Shown: positions 39,166 through 53,190 of the stretch, piece by piece
Position numbering within the stretch: the first letter of the stretch is position 1
Layout of the letters: each line of letters starts with the position of its first letter
Assembly (NCBI RefSeq): GCF_964204645.1
Contig: NC_134031.1
Coordinates: forward strand, 2,976,001 to 3,040,000
DNA length: 64,000 bases
DNA from: Tubulanus polymorphus
Taxonomy: Eukaryota > Animalia > Nemertea
Reading direction: 5' to 3'
The notes under the pieces: model-generated
What the model saw: the letters and a program-made list of their open reading frames with translations, nothing else
Database searches by the model: none
What the model was told of the DNA's origin: nothing
Program-made: the position numbers and the translations under genes

Positions 39166-39274
39166 CTCTGTTTTTCGGTGTGACCACTGTGAATGCGCTG
39201 CCGAGACCATCTTCACCGGTACCTTCGTGGTGACTTAGAAACTTCTTACTCTTCACCAGGAAAGACCGAGGCAT
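39166..39274 (-). CDS. Gfi1: Gfi1/senseless-family zinc-finger repressor, coding exon 1 (SNAG domain)
   Basis: Reverse strand reads ATG CCT CGG TCT TTC CTG GTG AAG AGT AAG AAG = MPRSFLVKSKK, the SNAG motif of vertebrate GFI1/GFI1B. 36 codons + 1 nt, then GTAAG donor (phase 1). Too short for the ORF track. Confidence 0.93.
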
Positions 39275-39468
39275 GATGCTTAAAGTATCCAGTGTGATAG
39301 GGTAACGAAGTAGTGGATGTAATTATTATGTGTCTTGTGAGTTAATAAGTCTCTTTTCGAAGCCGTGTAAACTCCCGCAAATCGAATATCCGAAAATCTT
39401 TGCCACAAGTCGCGTGGTTGAGGCGACGCAATTTCGACAAAATGTGACAACCTCCGACTAAAATCCGG

Positions 39469-39650
39469 TTTATATATAACCACTGACACCGTCAAACCAT
39501 ATGCTTTGAGGACTATAATAATGTTCGCTGTCCTCCGCAATCCGTCATAACAGTTACTAATAGCAACGGAATGATTTACATACGACAGACGACGAATTGG
39601 CGCACGTGGACGAGTCGGTTGACTCCACCCAGCGCGCTGATTGGACGATG
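39469..39650 (-). promoter_or_regulatory. Putative core promoter of the Gfi1-like gene
   Basis: TATATAAA on minus strand at 39469-39476 (~200 nt upstream of the ATG) and CCAAT boxes at 39596-39600 and 39640-39644, in a GC/CpG-richer patch. Confidence 0.5.
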
Positions 39651-41538
39651 CTGTCATCTTGGCGCGCGCGGTCCGTCAGGGCGGCGTCTGGATGGAAAGA
39701 TGCGCTAGTTAATGACGAATAAGTGGCAAATGACAGTCGCGAAAACCGGGAATCAACGGCGCACGGTGCGCGACTCGGCCGAGAGGATGACAAAACACAT
39801 CGATATCAGAGGAACATTCGTTCATATGCCGGGTGCACGCGTCTAGCAGGCGTTATGGGAAATCATGGGATGTTGTCGCAGGAAATCATGATTTTGTCGT
39901 ATTATAGGTGCGAGATTTCCTTCAGTTTCAGAGCCGGTAGTATGGGCTAATGATACGAAGAAAGCAGTCATTTCTAATTTTGGTTAAAGACAAATAATGT
40001 TTTCTTGTGTATTGCGGCAAAATCAACTCGAACTATTTTCATTTTCTTTGCAGAGATTACACGCGCCAATTCAATATGTCAATATTGTTAATATTGAGGA
40101 AATATTTTCCTTAATCTGATAAGGGCATCTAAATTGCGATAGTTTCAACATTTATTATTGCTAAACACACTATCCTAAGAAAATATAGTATGTGCGCTGA
40201 AATACTGCGTTACTTCGTTTCCTGGTAATGGCCGGTTTTATTCATTCTGCGTATAATATACGCGCTTTTTGATATCTTTTACGAAAATGATAATGAACGA
40301 CACCGTAATTCATCACATTATATTACCGAAATATCCCCTGCAAAAGGAAAACAGAAATGCACAACGTCATTTTGTTCATTACCGGAAATTCTCAATTAAA
40401 CGGCATCACGCACTACCCGTGGCGCCACCTCGCTATAACTGAGGACACTATAAGCAGACGTGTTTGCTGATGGTTGTAGTATGCCGGTAGCGCCTTTTTG
40501 CGGAATAGAAGCTTTCTCCTAAATGCACATTAGAGAAACAAGGCGTTAAACTACCTCGCGTACGCTTACCAGTACTATAATGTTCCCGGCGAAGTATATT
40601 AGGAACCTGTGCCACAAGTTGCGCTGACTTCGCACCCATAAATTTGTCTCTGTTGCGCACACGTGTGATTTTATTATCCCGGCGTTTGTCGGCGAATCCA
40701 TTTCTGAAGACATTATTTCAATTCTAAACAGTTAACATAACTCATAAATGTATTATTCGTCGATGACACGATGACGTATCGTCGTCGTAGTGCTCGCGAG
40801 GGTTTTATTTAAATCTGTGTGCACTACGTGTACGCTCGCACAGTACGGAATCTGTTGAGCAGAGATTATGCTGCAATAACAAAATTGATGGTCATGTCGC
40901 GAAAACCTGTCCCTTGTTTTTTTGTTGTCGTACGAAGCCGTTATAGTGTAGCGAGCTCGACACGTTTTTGCAGTTTGTTAAGAAAAGCGACCTAATCGGT
41001 GATATGCATACATTTCAAATATGTGTGTGTCTCGTGCTTTTGAGTCATCGCTGACTCTGATGATTCAAACCTGGCCGAGGAACACCTTGCATGCGTCAGA
41101 AAGCAGAAATCGTCGTCGTGATATATTTCGAAAATCGGCCGACACTCGGATGAAAATAGAAACGAAAATTCGCCAGCTTGTTTTAATCATTGTGAGCTGA
41201 TAGCAATTGTCGTGATATATTGCTATAGGTACCTGGGAGAATGCCGGTAAAACAACGTGGCTTCTTTGGTAAAGATCCAACTGCGGATCAAGTCCCACGT
41301 GTTAATGTTCAATGTAGAGTCGAAATGTGACTCAATTTTGTTTAAAAATGTGTTTATTACGATCAATCATTTCATCATTGTGATAGAACAAGAACAGGAT
41401 GATGAAACCTGTGAAAACCAAGAAGTTATTCAATTTGATACCTCAGGTCAGCCGAGTTCCTCAGCCGCATTACTATATTCGACCCAGTTTTAGCAACAAA
41501 TTACGTTTATGTTGAGTGGTTTTTCAGCACATGCCTCC

Positions 41539-41608
41539 TAAAGCCCAACGCAGACGACGCAGACAAACAGGGTTCAGCGTTTCCCTGCGTCGTTTGCGTT
41601 GGGCTTTA
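41539..41608. mobile_element. Short hairpin MITE (AGCCCAACGCAGACGACGCAG TIR); relatives at ~23020-23146 and ~56543-56636
   Basis: 24-bp near-perfect inverted repeat with TA/TAA flanks; same termini recur twice elsewhere in the window. Confidence 0.65.
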
Positions 41609-44600
41609 ACCATATCTAATATCTTAGATCCATTAGATCAAATTAAATTTTCTAGCGGTTGTTTTCATAACACACGCCTCCTTGAAGAGCGTATGGTGCG
41701 CATTTCGAATATTCCAGGTAAAAAGCGTGGTTATAACTTGTAAGGCAAGTAATATATGTAATTTCTAGACGAGAAATAATATCACTAAGTTCGACACCCG
41801 GTTTAAATGTCTTTTGAAGATCAGCTCTTAGTTTGAGGCAGCCTGACACTTTACACATAATGTATTACGGGGTATCGTAATTGTTGCGTCGATCGATACG
41901 TGAATTTAATATTAATTGGTCTACGATTTGTTCAAGTGCGACGTTAGTTTCGAATTTTTCGTGATTAGAGCCCTCGTCTCCAGATGTGATTTTCAGTTTC
42001 GAGTGGTCCTCGCTACAGATTTTTTTGCACATTAAACTTGACTCATATTAAATCGTGATTGCTCCGATATAAATACAGTTTTATTTCATTTTATGGCCCA
42101 CTCGGCCAACTGTCGGTGTGTCCGCCCGATTATAATGTGGGTGCCTTGTTAACGGCAACGCGCGTCGATTCCGTGTCAAGTCCCTAATGAAATGTCGCAT
42201 TCTCAAAAGGGGAAATTTAAACGTTTTGTAAGCGTAACCACAACTCTTTGTTTAAAAAACAAAGATACACGAACGTTTTCCCACAAATGTGATTTTACGC
42301 TCCTTCCGACAAAATAATGAAATAAAAAAGCTCGCTGTATATAAAAAAACAGCGCCGCCTGCCAACTACGTAATAGCGTTTCAATATAAGGTCGTCCGGG
42401 TTATTGATACATACAATCAGGCTTTCAATCAAGACCTAGTTTTAATCTGACGATTGATATGAAAATGTTTGACTGGTCACAGAACAGAAAAACATGGATT
42501 CAGTCGTGTTGCTAGAACGAATGGTTCTTTGGCAGTTCTTGAAAGAACCTATGAGTTCTTCACGGAACCTCGGGGTACTTCAGCCTCTAAAAGTGATATT
42601 CACGGTAAAGAGGGATTCTTCGTCAAAGTGAAAGGTTCTTCAAACAACCCACAACTTCCATTCCATTCAGAAGATATAAGAAACCCTCGTTTCTAGATAC
42701 CTAAGAATTTCAAGATCAGGAAATAATTTGTTCTACAAAATTCACTCATGACTTTTAATCATGATATTTTTGGCCGATATAGAACAGAGATGAATCTTTT
42801 ACTCGGATTTATTCTTGAAAGAAATTGAGCCGTTAATTGTGCGAAAAAAATCTTGAGACTTGGTATTAAGTTGGCCATAGAACCGTCATGGGCTCGGAAT
42901 GGTGTCCGATCGTGAGACTGGTCTTAGACTGGTTTAGGAACCAGAAGGGATCGTTCTTGAACTAGTATCGACTGGGCAGCAAGTCCCAGCAGTACACAAT
43001 CTTCGAATGACTTTGAATCGATTGCATAGAAATTATTTCCCAATCGTTTCAGAAACGAAATGTCTTCAGCGTGTAACGCGATCACTAAAAGCAAATACGG
43101 TAAATGCATTTGAAATATACACTACATGTGCTATGAATTGCCCACGTGAGCTATTGAAACTATGTTAGTTATCGACTGGAAAACACATGTTGCCATTTCT
43201 TTCGAGAAGGGTCACAAAAGTCCTACGGATTTTCGATTCATTTATAATGTTTTATCTCTTTCTCATTCGTTCGAAAAACGTCAGACTACAGGTTTATTTC
43301 CATTCGAGGAGATGTTTGTATTCGGTGGGATTAAGTTAAGTCGGCTCACAGGTGTGAGACCAGTACCCAGGCGTTACACGTGGATTGAGACAATGGGCGC
43401 GAGCCTCGCAAATGAGTTCTCAACTCCTAAAGTTAATACGATTATCGGGATAGCTTTTTAAATTCGCCGAGTGATTTAAATCATTTCAACTGTCAGCGCA
43501 GATCCTTAGATTCTGGCGACAACCACCCCAGCGACATCTGTGAATAACGCATTGAACTACGATCACACGCATTTCTCTCATTTTTGAAGTCTTTATTGCG
43601 TATAAAAAGTACAGACTTAGTAGAGAAAGAAAGAAAAATAAAAAAGGGAAAAATAGAATAAATAGAAAAATAACAAAAAATGAATAAAATAAAAAAATCC
43701 ATATTTACTTGGAAAAAATGTTCAATCTGAATAATCTATGGACAAAGATTCGAAAAAGTACAATTCTTATAGGCTACGTGACAGATACAATAGTAATTGA
43801 TAAGGTACTAATTTGATAGTTAGGAGATGGGTAAAACAGTACACGAATTTAGTCAAAAATATGCGGGCTGCTTCGATATATTCAACAGACGATGTATCGA
43901 AGCAGCCCGCAGCATATTTTTATTTCGACTTCGACGAATCTGTCGCTTACATCGGTTAAAAATGAGAAATAATTTTTCACGATATCGACGGATTATGACT
44001 AAAAAATGTCGTTTCGCTTCATCATCGGGCCAACTTTCCTCATTCTCTCTCCGCTTCAGAAAGTGTCGAACAACAAACTAATGAGATATCCGTGGCAACG
44101 CGCGACTCGGCCTCCTTTCACTGATTGCCAGAATGCGAATCTACCATCGCATATATTATTAATAACTTTCGGTTGAGATCCTTCACTTTTACTTCTGTTC
44201 ATCGTCGCGTCTCATCCACGGCGAGACTTCACAATATTAGATGCGTGCGCTTCATTTGTCAACAATGGCGACTTCCGGGCGCATTAATACACCAGTAAAT
44301 TGTTACACAGGTGATTGCGCAAGTGTATCGCAGTAATTAGACTTGTTTTACTCGGAATAATTCTGATTAGGAACAATCCTCTAGATCGTAACGACAATTT
44401 TGTGCCAATTCCTGCGGTGATTATGGCTCGACGGAAGTCCTCTAGTTTAGGGACATGGTTTGCGTTGGGTTCAGGTGTCGTCTGCAGATTTCCTCCTGCG
44501 GCTACTGTGTACATAGTGACCGAATCGTTATAGGCGAATCGGTTTTTAACTTGTTTTGTCAATCCAGCAGGGTTCATAGGTTCGAATCCTAGACCCAGCC

Positions 44601-47600
44601 CATAAATCCATCAGAAGAAATAGACCGATGAAAATATTTAGTTTTGAATGACTTGAAACAATGCGATACCCTGGTGGCGGGAGCGTTCGTGCTCGATTGT
44701 GTTTCTCTGGGACCAGTTTTATAAAAAAAAAAGTAATTGAATTAAAATCTTCGGTTTATTGTAACTGCAACTGGTAACTTCAAGTTTTCATTGAGGATAC
44801 TCAAAGCTAACCGTCTTAAGCTTGTACTTCATCATGTAAACGGACCCTAGCGCTCATTGGGTATAAAACCAAGCACCTGCTTATTAAACCCTCAGTGAAG
44901 TGCTCAGTGGGTCGACGAATTGAAAAGATGTCAACTCAAATCATAACCCCAAGCTCTGAGATGCTGATATAATCTATAGAAATCGGCTCTTTTTCGATCA
45001 TTCGTCGCAGAGAAAAAGTTTATAACGGGATATTTAAAAATCAGACGAACTCGCCCAGAAACCATCTGCCCGGCGCAGTCCGACACGCCATATTCAGATC
45101 AGTCAGTGTCCTCCGTCCGCGTTCGAGCTCCATCTTCGCATAAAGAAGTCCGATCTTAAACAACGTCTTGATAAATGTTTATTTAAAGTGAAATTTATTT
45201 TCATCATTCGCGCGTAGAAGTTCCCACGACAAAACCATCGTTTAAACCTCGGCAGACACTTAGTGGCGTATGTGAACTGATAAAATCAAAATTCTGAAAA
45301 AAAGCAAAAACGCACGCGAAATATATTTTGACTGACGGAGCGGCGCATGTGAACATCTTATCTCGAACGGGATTTTAGAAAAGATAAAAAACGTAAACTT
45401 CAAGGAAGTATTTTCGACGAACACTTTGCACATAACAAAAGCGAACTAGGAAGCTGTCGAACGAGTCGCTTCTCCGTTATGTAAGAGATAGCGCAAGATT
45501 AATCGCCGGCTTCGATCTCCTGACAATAAAAAAAGATAGAATAAACGGACAACAGTGGGCTTAATGGATTTTCGAAAAGCCCAGCAGTGCAATTATCATT
45601 TGTTCAAAAGGCCACCAACTTCCTCGTTGGAGGCAGTAGGGGCAGGTGTTGGGGTAGAAATCGTTGAATGCTGTCTGGGGTAAACAGAACCGGTGAAGTT
45701 GGACGCGTTTGGTTATCATTGCTTCGTCAAAATCTCTGTTATATAGCCCTCCGTGGAATATGGATCTCTCCTGATCCCTCTTGAAATCATAAAATCACGT
45801 ACAGTAACATAGACATTTCTATTTCAAATCTTTAAATAGGGATTGCCTTTCTTACTACTTATTTGATTGGTATAGATTTGATATGATTCGATTCTGTGTC
45901 CCTCACAAACCCGCACCAGACGTCCTGTCGGAAACGAACAAGATTTCGAAATCGGAAATTGAAGTACGATATAGCCGGGTGATCGGTTCAACATACAGAA
46001 TTGTTTGAAGTGAATTACAAAATTTCGATTCTATGTTTTCTAGAAGGGTACATAGATCAAACACCTTGTAATACACAATTTGATGATGTCATGGATAATT
46101 TAGGAGGCAGCTATGTTTTATGGATGACGATTTTTTGCCGTTTGATGAAACCGAAGACAAAGTTTCCTAGAAAATCGACTTCCACCTGCCGTAACCATGT
46201 TCGAGACGGTGTCTTTTTCATATTCTTTACTCCCCGAAGAATTCCATTCAAATCATACGAAAAATAGTAAATAATATCGCGCAGTTTTAGTTTCCTTTTT
46301 GATTTAATGACTTCGTATTCGGCCGCGAATCTCATCGTATCGTAAACCATATAAAGTGCACTTTCTTAAAGTCAACTTATGTAAGCATTTGTTCATTCGC
46401 TCAATAAAACGACCTCACGGATAAATACCTCTTCACAACGACACCGCGCTACTCGACAAAACGGTTTTTCGCGTCACTTCGCCGCGGCAATATGTCCAAG
46501 GTGCACCGAATTTCGGGGCGTGCACCACCTTCTTTCCGCCCCGCTGACTTCAACCGTGCTCCCGGAGACTCATTCGCCCGCCGGCTATAGAAATAAAACC
46601 TATACGCAGTTTTCTGAGCGTGATTTATAGCGAAGTCCTCGACGTGACGCATAAAAAAAACTGGCCGCATATTCTGGCTAGCAACGCGCATGCAACCGAC
46701 ACGTATAAAACGGTCGTAATAATGGTATAATAAGGTGTATATAAATATAAATAGGATTTCTACTATTCAGAATTATAAATGGTGCCTGATTTTTGCTTTT
46801 GCGGAATCGAATGCACATTTGAAACCGCAAGAAGCCGCGTTGACAAAAGAAACGCGGCCATGAGAACAATTTTTTGTGTGCCTGATAGTAACACACGGGT
46901 GCATCAAAGTCAAATCTCGCGTATTTGCTATTTTAAACAAATCGTGATTCGTGAGATATGTCGTAGAAGTATATTCGAGAATATAGACAAGAGGGATTGT
47001 CTATTTCGAGGATCGGCGGCCGTAGAGACTTAAAAAGAAAAGCGTCGAAACTAAAATTCGAGTCAATAACTATTAGTATAATAATTTGTTTCTTTGTGTC
47101 AATTTCGACGAGTTGAATACTACATTGGGAAGATTTCGAATCAATTGATTTAAAGAAAGTCATGAAATAAGATACGTTCAGACGAAGGTAGCCGCATTTT
47201 TATGGCTTTAAAAGGAAAATTGAAGAAAGAGCTGATCTTTCAACATCGGAAGTCAATTCATTTTCCATGAAATTATATAATCATTATTCTAAGTTAACAT
47301 GCAACACCCTTATCACATAGTTTGAACTTCGGTTTCAAGTCGGTCAGCGCGGGTATTCTATGATCGTAGCGATCAGGCAGTTTATCTCCCCAAAATAGGA
47401 TTCAAGTAGGCCGGTTTGGGTTTTTTAACGATCGTAGCGATCCCCGTCGTTTTTTTTTCTCCGGCAAAAATACCGGCCCGACCTAACCAACTTCCCGCGA
47501 GCCAGCAGATTCCCACGGACACGGAAATACCGTATCCGTGACTCGGCACAAAAACCCGCCTCAAACATCAATTTGCCACTTTTAAGACGCAGTTGAAATC

Positions 47601-50600
47601 TCTTTACTTCCTCGGCGATTTTAATGTTTGTTCAAAAACCACTCTGCGCCTATTGTAGCACGTCTCACCAGATATAATAATATAGGATAGTGCCTTTTAT
47701 GTTATATAACCGGCCGCTTTATTATTGTTGTAAGAAAGTTAAAAGATAATCGCGTCTTCACAAAACTCGTTTTTTGCCCGGTTGCTGAGGAGGGGATGTG
47801 ACGGTTAGCCGAAACTCGTAGTTTTGAGACATTGTTGTTTTTTTCATCGATGTCTGGTGCTCGCATTGGAATTAGACGTTCCCAGAGATGTCTTCACATT
47901 CTGATTTATATACTAAAACACACAATAATAGAAAAGCTTTTTTCGCTCGGGGTTTATTTGACCCGGACCTGTCACCTTAACTCTATGACGAGGTCACGTG
48001 TGGCTGGCAGCGTCTCCCGGTGTCGAACGTGAGGCCAGCTGCATTCTAGTCAAATATATGTCCCCCTTTTTCTCTTGTCGGAGCTTCGCAAACAATTCGA
48101 CGCGCTATACGATTCAAAGTGGAAAAATTCAAAAGTTAAGAATCACAGATTAGGTTCTCACAGCCCGAGTCGAAATCAAAAATATACCACGATCTATTTC
48201 ACAAACTGATTTTAGAAATTGATTGATAACCGGTTACGATATGGGCATCGATCGATAAATACATATAGTGAAGGACCCCAAAATATTAAAAACAGTATTT
48301 CCCGTAAGCCATTTCATTAGCTAATTCAAAAAACGTCGCGTTAGGCCAGGTATTGTTGAAAATATTAACAACTTTATAATTCAATGTAATCGAGCTTCAA
48401 ATTAGATTAAAAAACCTTATCATAAGTTGACAATTCATTTTCGCGTCCTTTTATAGACGAAAGTCTCGAGGTGATCCATCACTGTTTGTGTATGGAGATA
48501 TGACGTAATACTTATAGGCAGAATATATGTTTTATTTTCTATTCACAATCAAACTTTCGGTCAAGTCGGTATTATTTTTAAAAATATTTTTGGAATAACG
48601 TCAAAATTTTAGATGAAAATGAATTAATTATATATCCATCTATCGGATCAATCAATCGCTATGAAATCGATTGCATATTCACGATATGATCTAATTTTCA
48701 TATAAGATTTTTAAAGAAATCAATGAATAAATGAAGCAACAGTTGGCTTTATACAAATGAATTAAGCAGCTCACAGAAAAGAAGGAAAATAAAAATAAAA
48801 AGAGAAAATAAATTCTTTAACGATCAATATTTAGAAAACAATATTTCATGACTACGATATATCTAATCGGTAAAATACGAGCCACATTACCTTTAACTGA
48901 CATTATATGTACAACTCATGACGTATGGAAATCTGGAATTATTGGATAACATGACAAGCTTTTTCTTAAAAATGAATGAATTTATCCCAATATATTTTCA
49001 AGATCTTTATCTAATCCATCCCAAGTCTGGGAGCCAAGAGCTTTCAACGAAAAATGCTTAAGATATTCAATTCGAATTGTCCTCGACACTCGAAATTACT
49101 TCACACTTTCTTTTGGTACGGGGCGAATCAAATCCTCATTGAATAAAACCAGGTCCGAATATTTCGTGTTAAGGTGTGAAAATCCGACATGGCTTCGTTT
49201 GTGCTGTATGCGGATATATCATTGCCTTCATTTGCGCATTGTATCACCGGTCTCTGGGCGACCTCCTGGACAGCCGCACGAGGCTCCGATGGCGCCCTAA
49301 TTGGGTCCATTTCGTGTGTCGCCTTCGAGAAGTAGCCCGGCGAAAAGCGAAAGCCGTCACTAGCATTGTTCGTAAATCGTTTCAAATTGACCAAACCGGT
49401 GGAACAGATATAAACACTAGTATTATGATTATTTAATGGTTAGTATTTGATGGTGATTTGATTACGAGGAACGTCACCTAGTCTATGCCAACCGGTATTC
49501 GGGATGTCGCTTGACCAGCGGGACTATGTCATTATAGCTGGTCAGTTTAACTCGCGCATATACAAGTATTAATTAACTTAAGGTCAGATAAACAGGAACG
49601 AATCAACTGTAAAATAATTGTTATGCTCGTAGGGAAGATTGGTGAGGAAATGTATTCAAAACCGTGTGAAGAATGGAAGTAACAATGAATAACCTCACGA
49701 AATGTATTCATCTTTAATCAAAATACTGTGTTTAAAAGAATGCGTAAATATTTTAGATCCTGATGCAAACAGGATGAGGTGGGCTTACGCATATTTATTG
49801 AGGAAAGACATATTAGATCTTAACTCGAATGTAAAATACGAACATATTTTGTTTCTCGATAGACCTGAGGCCTTTGAAAAATGAACATTTCCCACAAAAG
49901 TTTAAAAAAAACTAAAAAAAAACCTTTGTTAAATGATGCCAAATGCAAGCAGTATGACGAAAAACTTATCCCAAATTCAAATCATAGATTTACTTTGTTT
50001 TCCTATAGATTTGAGGTTTAAAAAAATTTCCCTCAAAAGTATTAAAAGATTGGTGAAAATGATGCCAAATTCACACTCACCGGGAATCTCGAAAATATAC
50101 ACAAGACAGATATTTCAGAATTTGGTTTCGGTTTTCTTACTGGTGCAAATATCTTCTTCGCATTGGTATTCTTCCTACGATCGAATATATCGCGCCCGAT
50201 GACGTCAAACGCCTCTTCAAATCAGAACCCGGATGTTGGTAATGACCTAAGATATTGTTTACGTAAACGGTAACGTTCGTGAAAAATTGCGGTCGCGTCG
50301 CGTTTTCAAAAATTCAAATTCGGAAAAACGAAACATCCGTTTTCACCAATAACGTCTTCTGATTCGAAAATCACTTTGATGCCAAACGCCGCAATCTAGA
50401 AATCAGATTTGAAATTCAAAGTCTCGACCGAGCGCCGGGAACGCGACCCAACAATAAGAGACGTTACAACAGTCAGACGACACTCGGCAAATGATTCATA
50501 ATATTTTTTTCTAGTATAGACAATATATGTTCTTTTGAATGTATGCTAGAAAACTATTAATCAAATCCTCCGGTGACTTAAAAAAGATTCTTTAATTTAT

Positions 50601-52431
50601 AAAAAATGGCCTGCGATTTAAGATAAATAGCCGTTCAGGCAAAAAGATGCCAGCCCGGCACGTGGCACTGGTCGGCTGTTCATTGGGAAGACAATCGCGT
50701 CCAGCTGCTCCTATTGATTAGAACCTGGGATGCGACTGTAGGTGATACCTCCGAGAGAAATAGATGCAATACGTTAATATCGCGAACGTGATACAATCAA
50801 CTGATCTTTTGTAGCTTGTTATTTTGTCTGCGATGTTGTCTTTCACGGTGGATGTGCACGGATGAATGTGAATGGTCCCACTTCGTCCTGGACCATTTGT
50901 AAAAGATGCCTCTCTCGTTTTGACAGAATATTGTTGTCAGCAGGTAACGACATATATGCGGCTCAGTTCTCCTATACGTGGGAACGCGAATCATCCGAAA
51001 GCTGACGACGTTTTGTTTGGTGACGACAATGGTTGAAAATAAAAATAAAAATATTACACCGCATTCAAAGTTTTTGTTGACCGCGTTTTCCACGCTTTTT
51101 TTACTCCCACGAAGTCTCGGAGGTCGAAGCCGCCATTTATCACCAAATAGCTAGTCTATAACAATATATAATGCCATCGAATAAACACCATGTCTGCATT
51201 CGGTCGAAAATGCCGGTTTTTATTATTATGCCGCTTCTTCAAATTCAAAACGTATTAGCGGCTTTTCCAAACCATTAATGTGTCAGACTAAATTACCGTA
51301 AAAAATGCAACGCTACCGTTAGAATGTCAGATACACCTGAAAGTGAAAAGGCGGATAAAAGGAACCATTTCTTAAATGTTTTTATCTATAAAATTGTGCG
51401 TGTATATTTTAGAGGATATTTTCTTCGATTCTTATATCAACAAACCTTGAAGCACATTTTTTAGTTAGAGTTAACTCTCAGTTCATTTTCAATGTTTTTG
51501 CTCCGAGTCAAATATCATTCGTATTTGTGCAATTGGGCCCAGACAATTTCTCGTCGCGCATCGCGTCTCGTTCGTCGAAAGCTAAAATTGAACGCTGACA
51601 TTTTGGCGAGTAGTAAGAGAGAAAATATTCAAAGCTCTGTTGATAATTTATGGACGCTTTCAAAGGGTAGACATAATTGAACGTAGAAAGATTTAAAATT
51701 CTGAAAAAAGGACAGGACATGCATATAATATGGTCCAAATACAGTAACAAAACAGACATAATTGGAACACGAAATACAAATTTACCACATTAGGTCAAAT
51801 TGTTGATGTATTGATTTCGTGTATTATTTTGTATAAATGCTAGTATTCATCAGAAAGATCAACGTCGACTAAATGATGAAAAATACAATGGTGCAAAATC
51901 GGCACCAACGTACAACCTGTCTGTGTTGAGTGTGTGGGTCCAGTTAAAAGGGATATTCAGGATTTTAAACTGATTCTTGTATCAGTCGTTTGTGAAATTC
52001 AGCTTCTGTTGCATTTTCTACTCTGAAATGACTGTCGAATAGCGCATGCATTTGACTCTATGAAATTTCGATAGATATTCAGCAAAACGTATCGTATCAA
52101 ACTGCCGTTAGACTGAGCCACGTGGATACACAAGTCAAACGATCTTCGATTTTCTTATAGTCTTAACACTAAACTATAATAGCCAAAAATGTATAAAAAT
52201 CAATAAAGTGAATATTTTTCGCCATTCAACCATCGCCAAGCACTACAGAATCTCCAAATTCTGTCGCAACCTTTCCTGTACAGCCATCAAAAATTTCCAG
52301 AGTCCTATATCAATAGCTATAGAAAAAATAGAAGGATTCGAAGTCATCGACGACTGAACTGGCGTAATCTCCGGTGGATTTCGTGAACGTCATTTGTAAA
52401 GGTAAATTCTGTATTAAAGTCATCGTGATAA

Positions 52432-52453
52432 TCAAACTGCCGTGGTTTGAGTG
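52432..52453 (-). CDS. Four-TM protein, predicted terminal exon 3 (NTQTTAV*)
   Basis: Strong acceptor ttcttccttgtgttttccag, phase-2 compatible, gives NTQTTAV-stop. Spliced CDS 984 nt = 327 aa. Confidence 0.5.
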
Positions 52454-52512
52454 CTGGAAAACACAAGGAAGAAATCATTACAAAACTCATGATGAGTGGA
52501 GCTGTCGAGAAG

Positions 52513-52680
52513 CTATGAAAGTGTCCTGGGGACATAACTAAATTCCAGGTTAATTCCAGGTTTAATGTGGAATAAACAAGGTTTCTTAGTTCTGAGAAAA
52601 CTAGTTTATTCCAAGTAAAAAACTCGGAGTTAACCTGGAATTTTGTTTTAAATAGTTATGTCCCCAGGACACTTTCATAG
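52513..52680. mobile_element. Foldback MITE-like palindrome in intron 2 of the four-TM gene
   Basis: Perfect 28-bp TIR CTATGAAAGTGTCCTGGGGACATAACTA plus internal inverted matches across the whole 168 bp. Confidence 0.8.
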
Positions 52681-52704
52681 AAATCTCTGCAAATATATAC
52701 GTAC

Positions 52705-52867
52705 TTATTTAAAGCCGTAACGGCCGCGTCGTATGTGGGTGGAGCATTTTGAATAACGTCATTATATGACGGCGGAGGAGCTGCAATGTCGGCGTTTCCG
52801 GGTTGGGTGTTGTCGTCCAGTTCCGGTTCATGGTCCATGGAGTATCGCGGGCTCGCGGGATGCTCGC
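52705..52867 (-). CDS. Four-TM protein, exon 2 (cytoplasmic tail with PPxY motifs)
   Basis: ttttactag acceptor in phase with exon 1; encodes EHPASPRYSMDHEPELDD...AAPPPSYNDVIQNAPPTYDAAVTALN; AA|GTACGT donor (phase 2). Confidence 0.7.
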
Positions 52868-53008
52868 CTAGTAAAATAAAACATGCATGGTTTATATAGA
52901 CAAGTGTCTGTCCAATTAGAAAGGATAAAACCAATAATCAAAGTAAAACTAACAGGACCCAGTTCCACAGTTCTGTGTTAACATTTGACTCGGAGTTAAC
53001 TCGCTTCT

Positions 53009-53190
53009 GTAAAATCCCACGATGAACGTATCCGAAATGATTCCTCGAGCTGATATTATTTTCGACGTTTCGACTGATCCTTAATAGTCATTTTCAGGAT
53101 AAGTATTAAGTGTTCCATAGTTCATGATGATATTCTTGAAGATGACTATCAAAAATTAGTCGAAGAGTCGAATATGATATCAAATATCAG
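53009..53190. mobile_element. PLE-type inverted pair in intron 1 of the four-TM gene
   Basis: GTAAAATCCCACGAT terminus; arms CTGAAAATGACT..AGTCGAAACGTCGA (minus) and TTGAAGATGACTA..TAGTCGAAGAGTCGA (plus). Confidence 0.55.

Noticed and set aside
49128-49436. GC-richer patch with overlapping ~87-aa ORFs
   Set aside because: No recognisable domain and no convincing splice partners.
51508-51700. Alternative phase-2 last exon for the four-TM gene
   Set aside because: Phase-compatible, but more distant and less protein-like than the 52453 acceptor; cannot be excluded without transcripts.
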